Source of the DNA: Betaproteobacteria bacterium
GTDB taxonomy: Bacteria > Pseudomonadota > Gammaproteobacteria > Burkholderiales > Usitatibacteraceae
Assembly (NCBI GenBank): GCA_016709665.1
Contig: JADJMI010000018.1
Span: 3,431 to 67,430 of the forward strand
Reading direction: 5' to 3'
Length of the DNA: 64,000 bases
The position numbers were made by a program, and so were the translations under genes. Each line of letters starts with the position of its first letter. Position 1 is the first letter of the stretch. Below the pieces are notes generated by a model. It searched no databases. It was not told the origin of the DNA and was given only the letters and a program-made list of their open reading frames with translations. Positions 21,347 to 30,405 of the stretch are shown in pieces.

Positions 21347-21929
21347 ATGCTGGCGGGCTGTGCCGCGATGCCACTCAAAGACGTCGAGGCGCGCGTGGTG
21401 CCGGCGAGCGCCTGGGGCAGCATCCCCGCCGAGCCCGGGCGTCTCAAGCCGCACGCCGTCGAGCGCATCACCCTTCACCATGGCGGCGTGCCCTACCGCA
21501 AGGACCGCGTCACGGCCGAATACCTGCAAAGCCTGCAGGCCTGGTCGCGCCGCGAAAAGGGCTGGGCGGACGTGCCCTACCACTACGTCATCGACCCGGC
21601 GGGCGTCATCCACGAAGGGCGGCCCATCGGCCTACGCGGGCGACACCAACACCGACTACGACCCCACGGGCCACGCGCTCGTCGTGGTGCTGGGCAACTT
21701 CGAGGAGGAAGTGCCGACCGCCGCGCAGCTCGAGGCGGCCGTGGACGCGATGGCGATGATCGCCGCGCGGCACGGCGTCCCGCCGGAAAGGATCGCGGGC
21801 CACAAGGACCACTCGGGCCAGACGGTGTGTCCGGGGCGCAATCTCGCGCGGTTCCTCGAGAACGGCTGGTTCCGGGCGCGGGTGGAAGCGCGCGCCGGGC
21901 CCCTCACATCCCGTCACAAGCCGCCCTGA
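21347..21929 (+). pseudogene. N-acetylmuramoyl-L-alanine amidase (Amidase_2/PGRP-type), frame broken at ~21625-21632
   Basis: Possible lipoprotein start MLAGC. Motifs ITLHHGG and VPYHYVIDPAGVIHEGRPI are in the frame of ORF 21251. AYAGDTNTDYDPTGHALVVVLGNF ... GHKDHSGQTVCPG continue in the frame of ORF 21360..21929. Confidence 0.75.
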
Positions 21930-21952
21930 TCCCGCTGGTATCCTTGCCGCCC

Positions 21953-22495
21953 ATGAACGCTCCCGGACCGCCTTCGGGACCGATACGGCCCCGCGTCGAG
22001 GAACTGTTTCCCGCGCTCTACGACGAGCTGCGGCGGCTGGCCCGCGGGCGCCTGGCGGGCGGGGGGAGGCCGACGCTGCTCGACACCCGGTCGCTGGTGC
22101 ACGAGGCCTACATGCGCATGCAGAAGGGCGGGGGCGTCGCGGTGAACGACCGCGAGCACTTCCTCGCCTACGCGGCGAGCACCATGCGCTCCGTGGTCAT
22201 CGATTTCGTCCGTCGCCGCGATGCCGACCGCCGCGGCGGCGACGCGGAGCACGTCACCCTGCAGACGGACGCGGCGGCGGACCTGGGCGCCGCGGACGAG
22301 GAGATCCTCGCGGTCCACCAGGCGCTCGAGAAGCTGGCCGATGTCGACGCGCGGCTGGTGCGCGTGGTCGAGATGCGCTATTTCGCGGGACTCTCCGATA
22401 TCGAGATCGCCCAGGCGCTCCAGGTGACGGACCGAACGGTGCGCCGCGATTGGGAGCGCGCCAGGCTGCTGCTCGCGCAGATGCTCGGGCGCTAG
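21953..22495 (+). CDS. ECF-type RNA polymerase sigma factor (kinase-associated ECF class)
   Basis: LFPALYDELRRLARGRLAGGGRPTLLDTRSLVHEAYMRM (Sigma70_ECF-type N-terminus) and a C-terminal region-4 HTH, VVEMRYFAGLSDIEIAQALQVTDRTVRRDWERARLLL. It is the second half of the fused ORF 21251..22495. Confidence 0.88.
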   Translation: MNAPGPPSGPIRPRVEELFPALYDELRRLARGRLAGGGRPTLLDTRSLVHEAYMRMQKGGGVAVNDREHFLAYAASTMRSVVIDFVRRRDADRRGGDAEHVTLQTDAAADLGAADEEILAVHQALEKLADVDARLVRVVEMRYFAGLSDIEIAQALQVTDRTVRRDWERARLLLAQMLGR

Positions 22496-22581
22496 CGTCC
22501 GGGCTTGTCCGGACCCTGGCCCGGAGCGCGTGGAACCCCCAAGGAGAAAGCGCCCCGCTCCCCGCGCGGCCCGAGGACACC

Positions 22582-25269
22582 GTGCATCCCCCCGACCCGC
22601 CCGACAGCCACCGCCTGAAGCAACTGGCCGTTCTCCTCGACGAGGCGCTCGCGCTCGCGCCCGAGGCGCGCGGGACCTGGCTCGCCTCGCTCCCGGACAC
22701 CCAGGCGCCGCTTCTCGCCGACCTGCGGGCCCTGCTCGCGCGCGCGGAGGTCGCCACGGATACCTTCATGGGCCGGCCGGTGAGCCTCGAGGCGCTCGGT
22801 GTCGCGCCGCCGGGCTCCGACGCGCCTTCGGGACTCGTGGGCACCTACCGCCTCGTGCGCGAACTGGGCGAGGGGGGCATGGCGACCGTCTGGCTCGCCG
22901 AGCGCGCCGACGGGACGCTGCAGCGGCAGGTAGCGCTCAAGCTGCCGCGCATGGGCTGGGCGCGGGGTCTCGCCGAACGCATGGCGCGCGAGCGGGACAT
23001 CCTCGCCGGGCTCGAGCACCCGCACATCGCGCGGCTGTACGACGCCGGCGTGACGGACGAGGGCCGGCCGTATCTCGCGATGGAGTTCGTGGACGGCCAG
23101 CCGATCGACCGGTACTGCGCTTTGCGCCACGCGGACCTGGCGACGAGGCTCGCGCTCTTCCTGCAGGTGTGCGAGGCGGTGTCGCACGCGCACGCGAGGC
23201 TGGTGGTGCACCGGGACCTCAAGCCCTCGAACATCCTCGTGACCCACGCCGGCTCGGTGCGCCTGCTCGATTTCGGCGTGGCGAAACTGCTGGAGGGCGA
23301 GGGCCGCGTCGACACCGGGCTCACGCAGTTCCACGGCCGCGCCTTCACGCCCGACTACGCCTCGCCCGAGCAGGTCCGCGGCGAGGCCCTGGGCACCGCG
23401 AGCGACGTGTACTCGCTCGGCGTGGTGCTCTACGAGCTGCTCGCGAGCGAGCGGCCCTATCGCGTCGCGCGCGACACGCCGGCGGCTCTCGAGGAAGCGG
23501 TGCTCGACGCGGAAGTGCCGCCGGCCAGCTCGCGGGTCTCCGACCGGCGGCTCGCGCGGGCGCTGCGCGGCGATCTCGACACCATCCTCGCGAAGGCGCT
23601 GCGCAAGCGCCCGGCGGCGCGCTACGCGAGCGTCGACGCCTTCGCGCAGGACGTGCGCCGCCATCTCGAGGGTGAGCCCGTGCTCGCCCGGCCGCCGAGC
23701 TTCCGCTACCGCGCGACGAAGTTCATGCGCCGCCATCGCTGGCCCGTGGCGGCGTTGGCCTCCATCGTGCTCGCGCTCGGCGCAGGCGTCGCGGTGGCGC
23801 TCAACGAGGCGCACGAGGCCGATCGCCAGCGCCGGCTCGTCCTCGAACGCACGACCCAGGCGGAGGCGGCGCTGGAGTTCGCGAGCTCGGTCATCACCGA
23901 GGGCATCCGCGGCGGCGAGCGGCTCACGCGCGAGGAGCTTCTCGAGCGGGCGACGCAGCTGGCGGCGGCGGCCGGCGGGAGCGCGGCGGAACGCCTCACC
24001 GCGGCGGACACCGTGAGCAGCTGGAACATGTCGGTCGGTCGCCATCGCGTCGCGGAGGCGCTGCTCTCGCGGACCCTCGCGGAGACCTCGCGCGAAGAGG
24101 CGCCTTTCCTGCACCGGATACTGACCTGCCGGCTGGGCTCGGCGCGCGCGAGCCTGGGTCGCCTGGACGAGGGCATCGCCGTGCTGACGGGCGTGATCGA
24201 CGAGCCGCGCGTCCCGGCGGAAGTGGCCGCCTATTGCCTGCAGCGGCGCGCGCTCGTGGCCCGCTATTCCGGCGATGCCGCGTCGGCGCTGCGGTTCGCG
24301 CTCCGGGCGCGCCAGCAGCACGAGGCCTCGGAGCGCTTCACGCCGGTCGCGCGGGCGCTGCTGGAAGGCGAGCTCGGCTACGCGTATTCGATGGCGGGCC
24401 AGCCGGCCGAGGCGGACCGCCACTACGGCGAAGCGAGCCGGGTCTTCGGCGCCTCGGGCCGCGACCACAGCGTGCAGGCCCTCACCGTGTACAACAACTG
24501 GGGCATCGCGCTCCTCAGCATGGGCAATCCGCGCGAGGCGCTCGTGCAGCTCGAGCGCGCGCTCGCGGTCTCGAAACGCTACGCCGTCGAAGGCGACGCG
24601 CCCGGCTACCTCATCTCCAACCAGGCCATCGCCTTCCTGATGCTCGCGCGCATCGACGAGGCGGAGGCGAACTTCCGGCGCCTGCTGCCGGTCGCGCGCG
24701 CCGCGGGCGACGTGAACTTCGAGGTCGCCGCCCATTCCGGTCTCGCGGAGGTCGAGCTCGTCCGGGGACGCCTCGACGCGGCCGGCGCGGTGCTCGACGA
24801 GGGCGAGCGTCTCGTCGCCGAGCGGAAGCTGCATCCCGGCACCGCGCCCGTGCGGCGCCTCCTCACCGCGAGGATCGCGTACCTGATCGAGCGCGGCCGC
24901 CTGGACGAGGCGGGGCGGCTCGTGGACGAGGTGCTCGCCGAGTTCGAGCGCGCGCAACTGAAGGTCGGCGCGCTCAGCATCTCGCTGCGCCAGCGCAGCG
25001 TGATCCACGCGCGGCAGGGCCGGCTGGCCGAGGCGCTGGCGGACGCGGAGCGCTCGCTCGTCGTCGCGCGCGACACGCAGGGGGCGAAGCCGCACTCGTT
25101 CTTCGCGGGCGCGGCGTGGCTCGCGATCGCGCGCCTGAAGGAACGCGGGGACAACGGCCCCGAAGCGGCGGCGGCGGCGCGGGAGGCGCTCGTGAACCTC
25201 GAGGCGACCGCGGGCGGGACGCATCCGCTCACGAAGGAAGCGAAACGGCGGGTTGGCGCGGCGCGCTGA
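22582..25269 (+). CDS. Ser/Thr protein kinase with one TM segment and a C-terminal TPR-like domain
   Basis: Hanks kinase motifs GEGGMATVWLA, VALK, HRDLKPSNILV, DFGVAK and SPEQ. The TM segment is WPVAALASIVLALGAGVAVAL. A long helical-repeat C-terminus follows. Start GTG 22582 is preceded by AGGA; the ORF is open back to TTG 22450. Confidence 0.88.
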   Translation: MHPPDPPDSHRLKQLAVLLDEALALAPEARGTWLASLPDTQAPLLADLRALLARAEVATDTFMGRPVSLEALGVAPPGSDAPSGLVGTYRLVRELGEGGMATVWLAERADGTLQRQVALKLPRMGWARGLAERMARERDILAGLEHPHIARLYDAGVTDEGRPYLAMEFVDGQPIDRYCALRHADLATRLALFLQVCEAVSHAHARLVVHRDLKPSNILVTHAGSVRLLDFGVAKLLEGEGRVDTGLTQFHGRAFTPDYASPEQVRGEALGTASDVYSLGVVLYELLASERPYRVARDTPAALEEAVLDAEVPPASSRVSDRRLARALRGDLDTILAKALRKRPAARYASVDAFAQDVRRHLEGEPVLARPPSFRYRATKFMRRHRWPVAALASIVLALGAGVAVALNEAHEADRQRRLVLERTTQAEAALEFASSVITEGIRGGERLTREELLERATQLAAAAGGSAAERLTAADTVSSWNMSVGRHRVAEALLSRTLAETSREEAPFLHRILTCRLGSARASLGRLDEGIAVLTGVIDEPRVPAEVAAYCLQRRALVARYSGDAASALRFALRARQQHEASERFTPVARALLEGELGYAYSMAGQPAEADRHYGEASRVFGASGRDHSVQALTVYNNWGIALLSMGNPREALVQLERALAVSKRYAVEGDAPGYLISNQAIAFLMLARIDEAEANFRRLLPVARAAGDVNFEVAAHSGLAEVELVRGRLDAAGAVLDEGERLVAERKLHPGTAPVRRLLTARIAYLIERGRLDEAGRLVDEVLAEFERAQLKVGALSISLRQRSVIHARQGRLAEALADAERSLVVARDTQGAKPHSFFAGAAWLAIARLKERGDNGPEAAAAAREALVNLEATAGGTHPLTKEAKRRVGAAR

Positions 25270-25394
25270 GCCCGTGCCGTCCTGTCGCCGTCCGGCGACG
25301 ACGGGGAGTTGCTGAAAAAGTCGTGTCCGCAATCGGCGGGGACCTGCGTGGAACCGGGTAGGAGCGTCCCGTTCCGCTCAGACAAGGACCCGCG

Positions 25395-26987
25395 ATGAAA
25401 CCCGCATTCCCGCATCTTCCCCTCGCCGCGCGCACGGACACCGACGCCGTGCGCCCGCGTCCCCACATCATCCTGGCCGGCGCCACGATGGCCGTAGTCG
25501 CGCTGGTCGCCGTCACCGCCGCGGCCGTCAACGGCGATCTTGCGCCGCGCGAAGGACCGCGCGCGATCGAAGCGCCGCTCGGCATCGCCGCGCTGAGCCC
25601 GGAATCGGTTCCGCTCGGATCGGGCAACTTCCTGCTCACGGTGAGCGGCTCGGGCTACGAGGCCGGGACCACGGCGCTCTGGAACGGCGAGCGGCGCCCG
25701 ACGCAGGTGCTCTCGCCGCGCCGGCTGGCGGCCTGGATCACCGCGGCGGACGCCGCGCGCCAGGGACCGCACGTCGTGACGGTCGCCACGCCGGGCGTCG
25801 GCCGGTCGTCCGCGATGTACGTGACCACCTACGAGCGCGCCGAACTCGACGCGCGGGCCGACCGCGTGCTGGGCCAGCCGGGCTTCGCGGCGAAGATGCC
25901 CTATCACCCGGACGTGGGCGCGGAGCGCGACGGCGTCGTGAATGCGGCGGGCTTCGATCGCCTGGGTCCGCAAGGCACGGCCGTCGATCCGGCGAGCGGG
26001 CGGCTGTTCGTCGTCGAGTCGCGGGCGGCGCGAATCCTGTCGTGGCCGAGCGCGCGCGCCTTCCAGAACGCGGAAGCCGCGGACATCGTGATCGGCCAGC
26101 CCGACGAATTTTCCGCGGGACCGAAGCCCGCGGACGCGCGCACCTTCTGCGCGCCGCAATCCGTGGCCGTGGATCCGGCCGGCTCGGCCTACGTCTCGGA
26201 CGATTGCTACAACCGCGTCCTGCGCTTCGATCCGCCTTTCGCCTCGGGCATGGCGGCCGCGGCCGTCTACGGGCAGGGCGGTTCGTTCGAGACCACCGCG
26301 TCCAACCGCGGCGGGCGCAGCCGGGCGAGCCTCTCCAGCCCGCTGGGCGTCGCGGTGAACGGCGAGGCGCTTTTCGTGCACGACGCGGGCAACCGTCGCG
26401 TGCTGGTGTTCAAGCAGCCGCGCTCGCGTGCGACCGCCGATGCCGTGATCGGCCAGGCCGACGCGAACGCGTTCGATGCCGCCCCGGCGAGCGCGACCCG
26501 CCTGGCCGCGGGCGAGGGCGCCCTCGCGCTCGACGCCGCCGGCCGCCTCTACGTGGCCGACTCCGCGGGCAACCGCGTGCTGCGCTTCTCGCCGCCCTTC
26601 CGCAGCGCCATGGCGGCCGACCTCGTGCTCGGCCAGCGGGACTTCGCGCAGGTAGGGCGCTCGAATCTCGCCGGGGGCCTCTGGCGGCCGGCCGCGCTCG
26701 CGTTCGACGGCGCCGGCAACCTGCTCGTGGCCGATGCCGGCAACCATCGCGTCGTGCGCTACGCCGCGCCGCTCGCGAGCGGCATGTCCGCCTCGGGCCT
26801 GCTCGGGCAGGCGGGGTTCGGGATGGGCACGCCGGGCGTGGGGCGTTCGCGCTTCGCGACGCCCTCGGGCATCGCCGTGGATGCCGGCGGCGACGTGATC
26901 GTGGCCGACGCCGGCAACGCGCGCGTGCTCGCCTTCGACCGGCCCTTTCCGGTGACCGGGACGGGCACGCTCGCGCGGAGCCGCTGA
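25395..26987 (+). CDS. Membrane-anchored IPT/TIG + six-blade NHL-like propeller protein (half-size paralogue, no twin module)
   Basis: N-terminal TM HIILAGATMAVVALVAVTAAAV. The IPT-like segment (LSPESVPLGSGNFLLTVSGSGYEAGTTALWNGERRPT) is followed by blades with a D..N.RVLRF..PF...M motif. It is collinear with the C-terminal half of the four downstream giants. Confidence 0.85.
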   Translation: MKPAFPHLPLAARTDTDAVRPRPHIILAGATMAVVALVAVTAAAVNGDLAPREGPRAIEAPLGIAALSPESVPLGSGNFLLTVSGSGYEAGTTALWNGERRPTQVLSPRRLAAWITAADAARQGPHVVTVATPGVGRSSAMYVTTYERAELDARADRVLGQPGFAAKMPYHPDVGAERDGVVNAAGFDRLGPQGTAVDPASGRLFVVESRAARILSWPSARAFQNAEAADIVIGQPDEFSAGPKPADARTFCAPQSVAVDPAGSAYVSDDCYNRVLRFDPPFASGMAAAAVYGQGGSFETTASNRGGRSRASLSSPLGVAVNGEALFVHDAGNRRVLVFKQPRSRATADAVIGQADANAFDAAPASATRLAAGEGALALDAAGRLYVADSAGNRVLRFSPPFRSAMAADLVLGQRDFAQVGRSNLAGGLWRPAALAFDGAGNLLVADAGNHRVVRYAAPLASGMSASGLLGQAGFGMGTPGVGRSRFATPSGIAVDAGGDVIVADAGNARVLAFDRPFPVTGTGTLARSR

Positions 26988-26988
26988 A

Positions 26989-29900
26989 GTGGATCCGCGA
27001 ACCGCGTCCCGCAGGCGCCGTCGCGACGACGAATCGCCGGGGCATACCCTGAAAGTCGTGGCCGGGTTCCTCGCCGCCCTCGTCGCGCTGCTGCTCGCCG
27101 CCATGGCCTCGACGATGGCGCGCGCCGCCCCGCTCGATTTCGTGCCCGACGCCGTGCTCGGCAAGCCCGACTACACGTCGCCGCCGTTCGGCACGCCATC
27201 GGCCACGAACCTGTCGCGGCCCATCGCGATGGCCGAAGACCCGGTTTCCGGCGAGTTGTGGGTCGTCGACAACGGATTGAGCCGCGTGCTGCGCTTCGCG
27301 TCGGCCGCCGCCTTCGCCGCCGGCGAGGCGGCCAACCTCGTGCTGGGGCAGGCGACCTTCACCGTGGGCGCGGGCAATCGCGGCGGGCCCGTGTCCGCGA
27401 ACACGCTCAACCAGCCCCACGGCATCGCCGTGGACCAGGCCCGCCGCGTCCATGTCGCCGACACGGGGAATCATCGGGTGCTCGTTTACGCGCCGCCCTT
27501 CGCGAACGGCATGGACGCGAGCCGGGTGCTCGGCCAGGCCGACTTCGCGTCGAATGCGCCCAATGCCGGCCAGGCGCTTCCCCACGCGCGCGGCTTCAGC
27601 AATCCGCTCGGCCTCGCCCTCGGCGACACGGGCACCCTGTGGGTCGCGGACAGCGCCAATGCGCGGGTCCTGCGCTTCAGCGCGCCCGCGAGGAGCAACG
27701 ATGCCGCCTCGGGCGTCCTCGGGCAGCCGGGGTTCGTCACGAATGTCCAGATGGTTTCGGCCACGGGGATGAGGTCCCCGAGCGGCGTCCACGTGGACCC
27801 CGGCGGCAATCTCTGGGTGGCGGATGGGTTCGGCAACCGCGTGACGCGCTACGCCCGCGGCGTGCTGGGCACCCCGGGCGCTGCGGCGGACGCCGTCCGG
27901 TGCCAGCCCGGCTTCACCACGTCGGCCCCGGGCACTTCGGAGTCGGCGTGCAACGGTCCCGACGCGGTGTTGGTCGATGCGGAGGGATTCGGCCTCTACG
28001 TGTCGGAGTTCTTCAACAATCGCGTGCTGCAGTTCGGCGCCGGCACGGCGACGGCGTGGCTGGGGCAGGCTTCGCCCAACGAAGGGCTCTGCAATCGCGG
28101 CCTGGCGGGACGGACGCACGAAACCCTGTGCCTGCCGCGCGGACTGCTGTTCGACCGGATCGGCAACCTGCTCGTCGCGGACCTGGGCAACGGCCGCGTG
28201 CTGCGCTACGACCGGCCGGTGGCGCCGGGCACGGCGATCGCGAATGCGGCGGCGCCCCAAGCGATACCGGCCGGGTCGGGCAGCGTCGACGTCACGATCG
28301 GCGGCCAGGCGCTTTACGCGCACACCGTCGTCCGACTGAACGGCCAGCCGGTCGCATCGCGGTACCTGTCGAGCGGGCGGCTCGTGGCGACGCTGCCGGC
28401 CGCGGCGCTCGCCGGAAGCGGGCCCCTCGCGCTCACGGTCGAAACGCCGGGTGCCCTCGGGGCGCCGTCTCCCGCGATGCCGCTCGCCCGCTACGCCCGC
28501 GCGCCTCACGACGGCCTCGCCGACCGGGTGCTGGGACAGCCCGACTTCGTGACGAAGGCCAACGCCAATCCGTCCGTCGGCGGCGCAAGAGTGGGCCCCG
28601 CCAACGGCGCGACCCTGGGCGACGAAGGGCGCGTGGCGATCGACCCGGTGTCGGGCCGCGTCTTCGTCGTGCAGCGCTTCGAGAACCGCGTGCTTTCCTG
28701 GCCGAGCCAGGCGGAATTCCACAACGCGCAGCGTGCCGATGTCGTGATCGGGCAGCCGGACGAGTTCGCCTTCCAGCCGGGCGCGACCGACGCGCGCACC
28801 TTGTCCGGTCCCCGCGGCCTCGCTGTGGATCCCGCGGGCCGGCTCTACGTCGCGGACTCCGGCCATCACCGCGTGTTGCGCTTCGATCCGCCGTTCGCGA
28901 CGGGCATGGCCGCCGTGCGGGTGTTCGGCCAGGGCGGGGCCTTCGACACGGGCATCGCCGACAAGGGCGGGCGCAGCGGCGCGAGCCTCAACACCCCCCA
29001 GGCCGTCGCGGCGGACGCGAATCGCCTCTTCGTGATCGACAGCGCCAACCATCGCGTCCTCGTCTACGAGAATCCCGACGCCGACACGACGGCGGATGCG
29101 GCCATCGGCCAGGCGGACCTGGCGAGCGCCGCCGTGCTGCCGGCCAGCCGGACGCGATTCAACGGCACGGCATTCGGACTCGCGCTCGACGGCAGCGGGC
29201 GCCTTTACTTCGCCGGCGCGAACGAGCATCGCGTGCTGCGTTTTCCGCCGCCCTTCGCGAGCGACATGGCCGCCGACCTCGTCATCGGCCAGCCCGACTT
29301 CGTCTCCACGGCCGCCGGCCGGTCGGCGACCGCGCTGAACCGGCCGGTCGGCGTCGCCGTCGATGCCGCCGGTCACCTGCTCGTGGCCGAGTCGTCCAAC
29401 CATCGCGTGATGCGCTTCGCCGCGCCCCTCGCGAACGGGCAGGCCGCAAACGGATTGCTGGGACCGCCGGGCTACACGGACGCCATTCGCGGGACGGACC
29501 GGCGCCTGCTCGACAGCCCCACGAGCGTGGCGGTGGACGAGAGCGGCAACGTGCTCGTGTACGACCAATTGAACCGGCGCGTACTCGCCTACGACCGGCC
29601 GTTCGGGCGCCTCTCGCCTTCGCGCACGGTGAATCTCTCCACCCGAATGGCGGTGCTCACCGGCGAGAACGTGCTGATCGGCGGCTTCGTGATCGAGGGC
29701 ACGGCTCCGAAGCGCGTGGTGATCCGCGCGCGCGGGCCGTCTCTTTCGGGCTTCGGCATTCCCAACGCGCTCGCCAACCCGGTGCTGCAACTCTTCTCGG
29801 GACCGACGCAGATCGCCGCCAACGACGACTGGCGCGCGGCAGCCAATGTCGCCGACATCCAGGCGAGCGGCTTCGCGCCGGCGAACGACCGCGAGTCGGC

Positions 29901-30382
29901 GATCCTCGCGACGCTCCAGCCCGGCGCCTACACCGCGATCGTCTCGGGCGCGGGCGGGGTGACGGGCGTAGGCATCGTGGAGGTGTTCGAAGTGGACACG
30001 CCCGCCACGCCGCTCATCAACATCGCCACGCGCGGCGCGGTGCTCACCGGGAGCGACGTGATGATCGCGGGCTTCGTGATCCAGGGCCCGGGCGCGCAGA
30101 CGGTGGTGGTGCGCGCGCGGGCCTTCGCTCGCGCAGGCCGGTGTCGCGCAACCGCTCGCCAACCCGCTGCTGCAACTCTTCGCGGGCGCGACGTCGATCG
30201 CATCCAACGACGACTGGACCGTCTCGGGCAACGCGGCGGCCATCCAGGCGAGCGGCTTCGCGCCCGCGCACGCGAAGGAGGCGGCGATCCTCGTGACGCT
30301 GCAACCGGGCGCCTACACCGCGATCGTCTCCGGTGTGGGCGGCACCACCGGCGTGGGCATCGTCGAAGTCTTCATTCCCTGA
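26989..30382 (+). pseudogene. Dual-propeller NHL/IPT secreted protein A with twin NISTR...EVF module; 2-nt (GC)n contraction at 30111-30119
   Basis: Signal peptide ...FLAALVALLLAAMASTMARA; the start is GTG 26989 or GTG 27058. The architecture is propeller 1, IPT, propeller 2, then the twin module from ~29620. Against paralogue B, the run gtgcgcgcgcgcggg is shortened to gtgcgcgcgcggg. The restored frame ends VEVFIP-stop at 30380-30382. The out-of-frame read-through creates the artificial 1945-aa ORF. Confidence 0.85.
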
Positions 30383-30405
30383 ACGCGAAACCGAGGCTAT
30401 CCCCG

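Noticed and set aside
21251-22495. Single 414-aa ORF fusing amidase and sigma factor
   Set aside because: The N-terminal part is the amidase up to its frame break, and the middle part is out-of-frame read-through. The ECF sigma factor begins at its own ATG (21953), after the amidase's true stop (21929).
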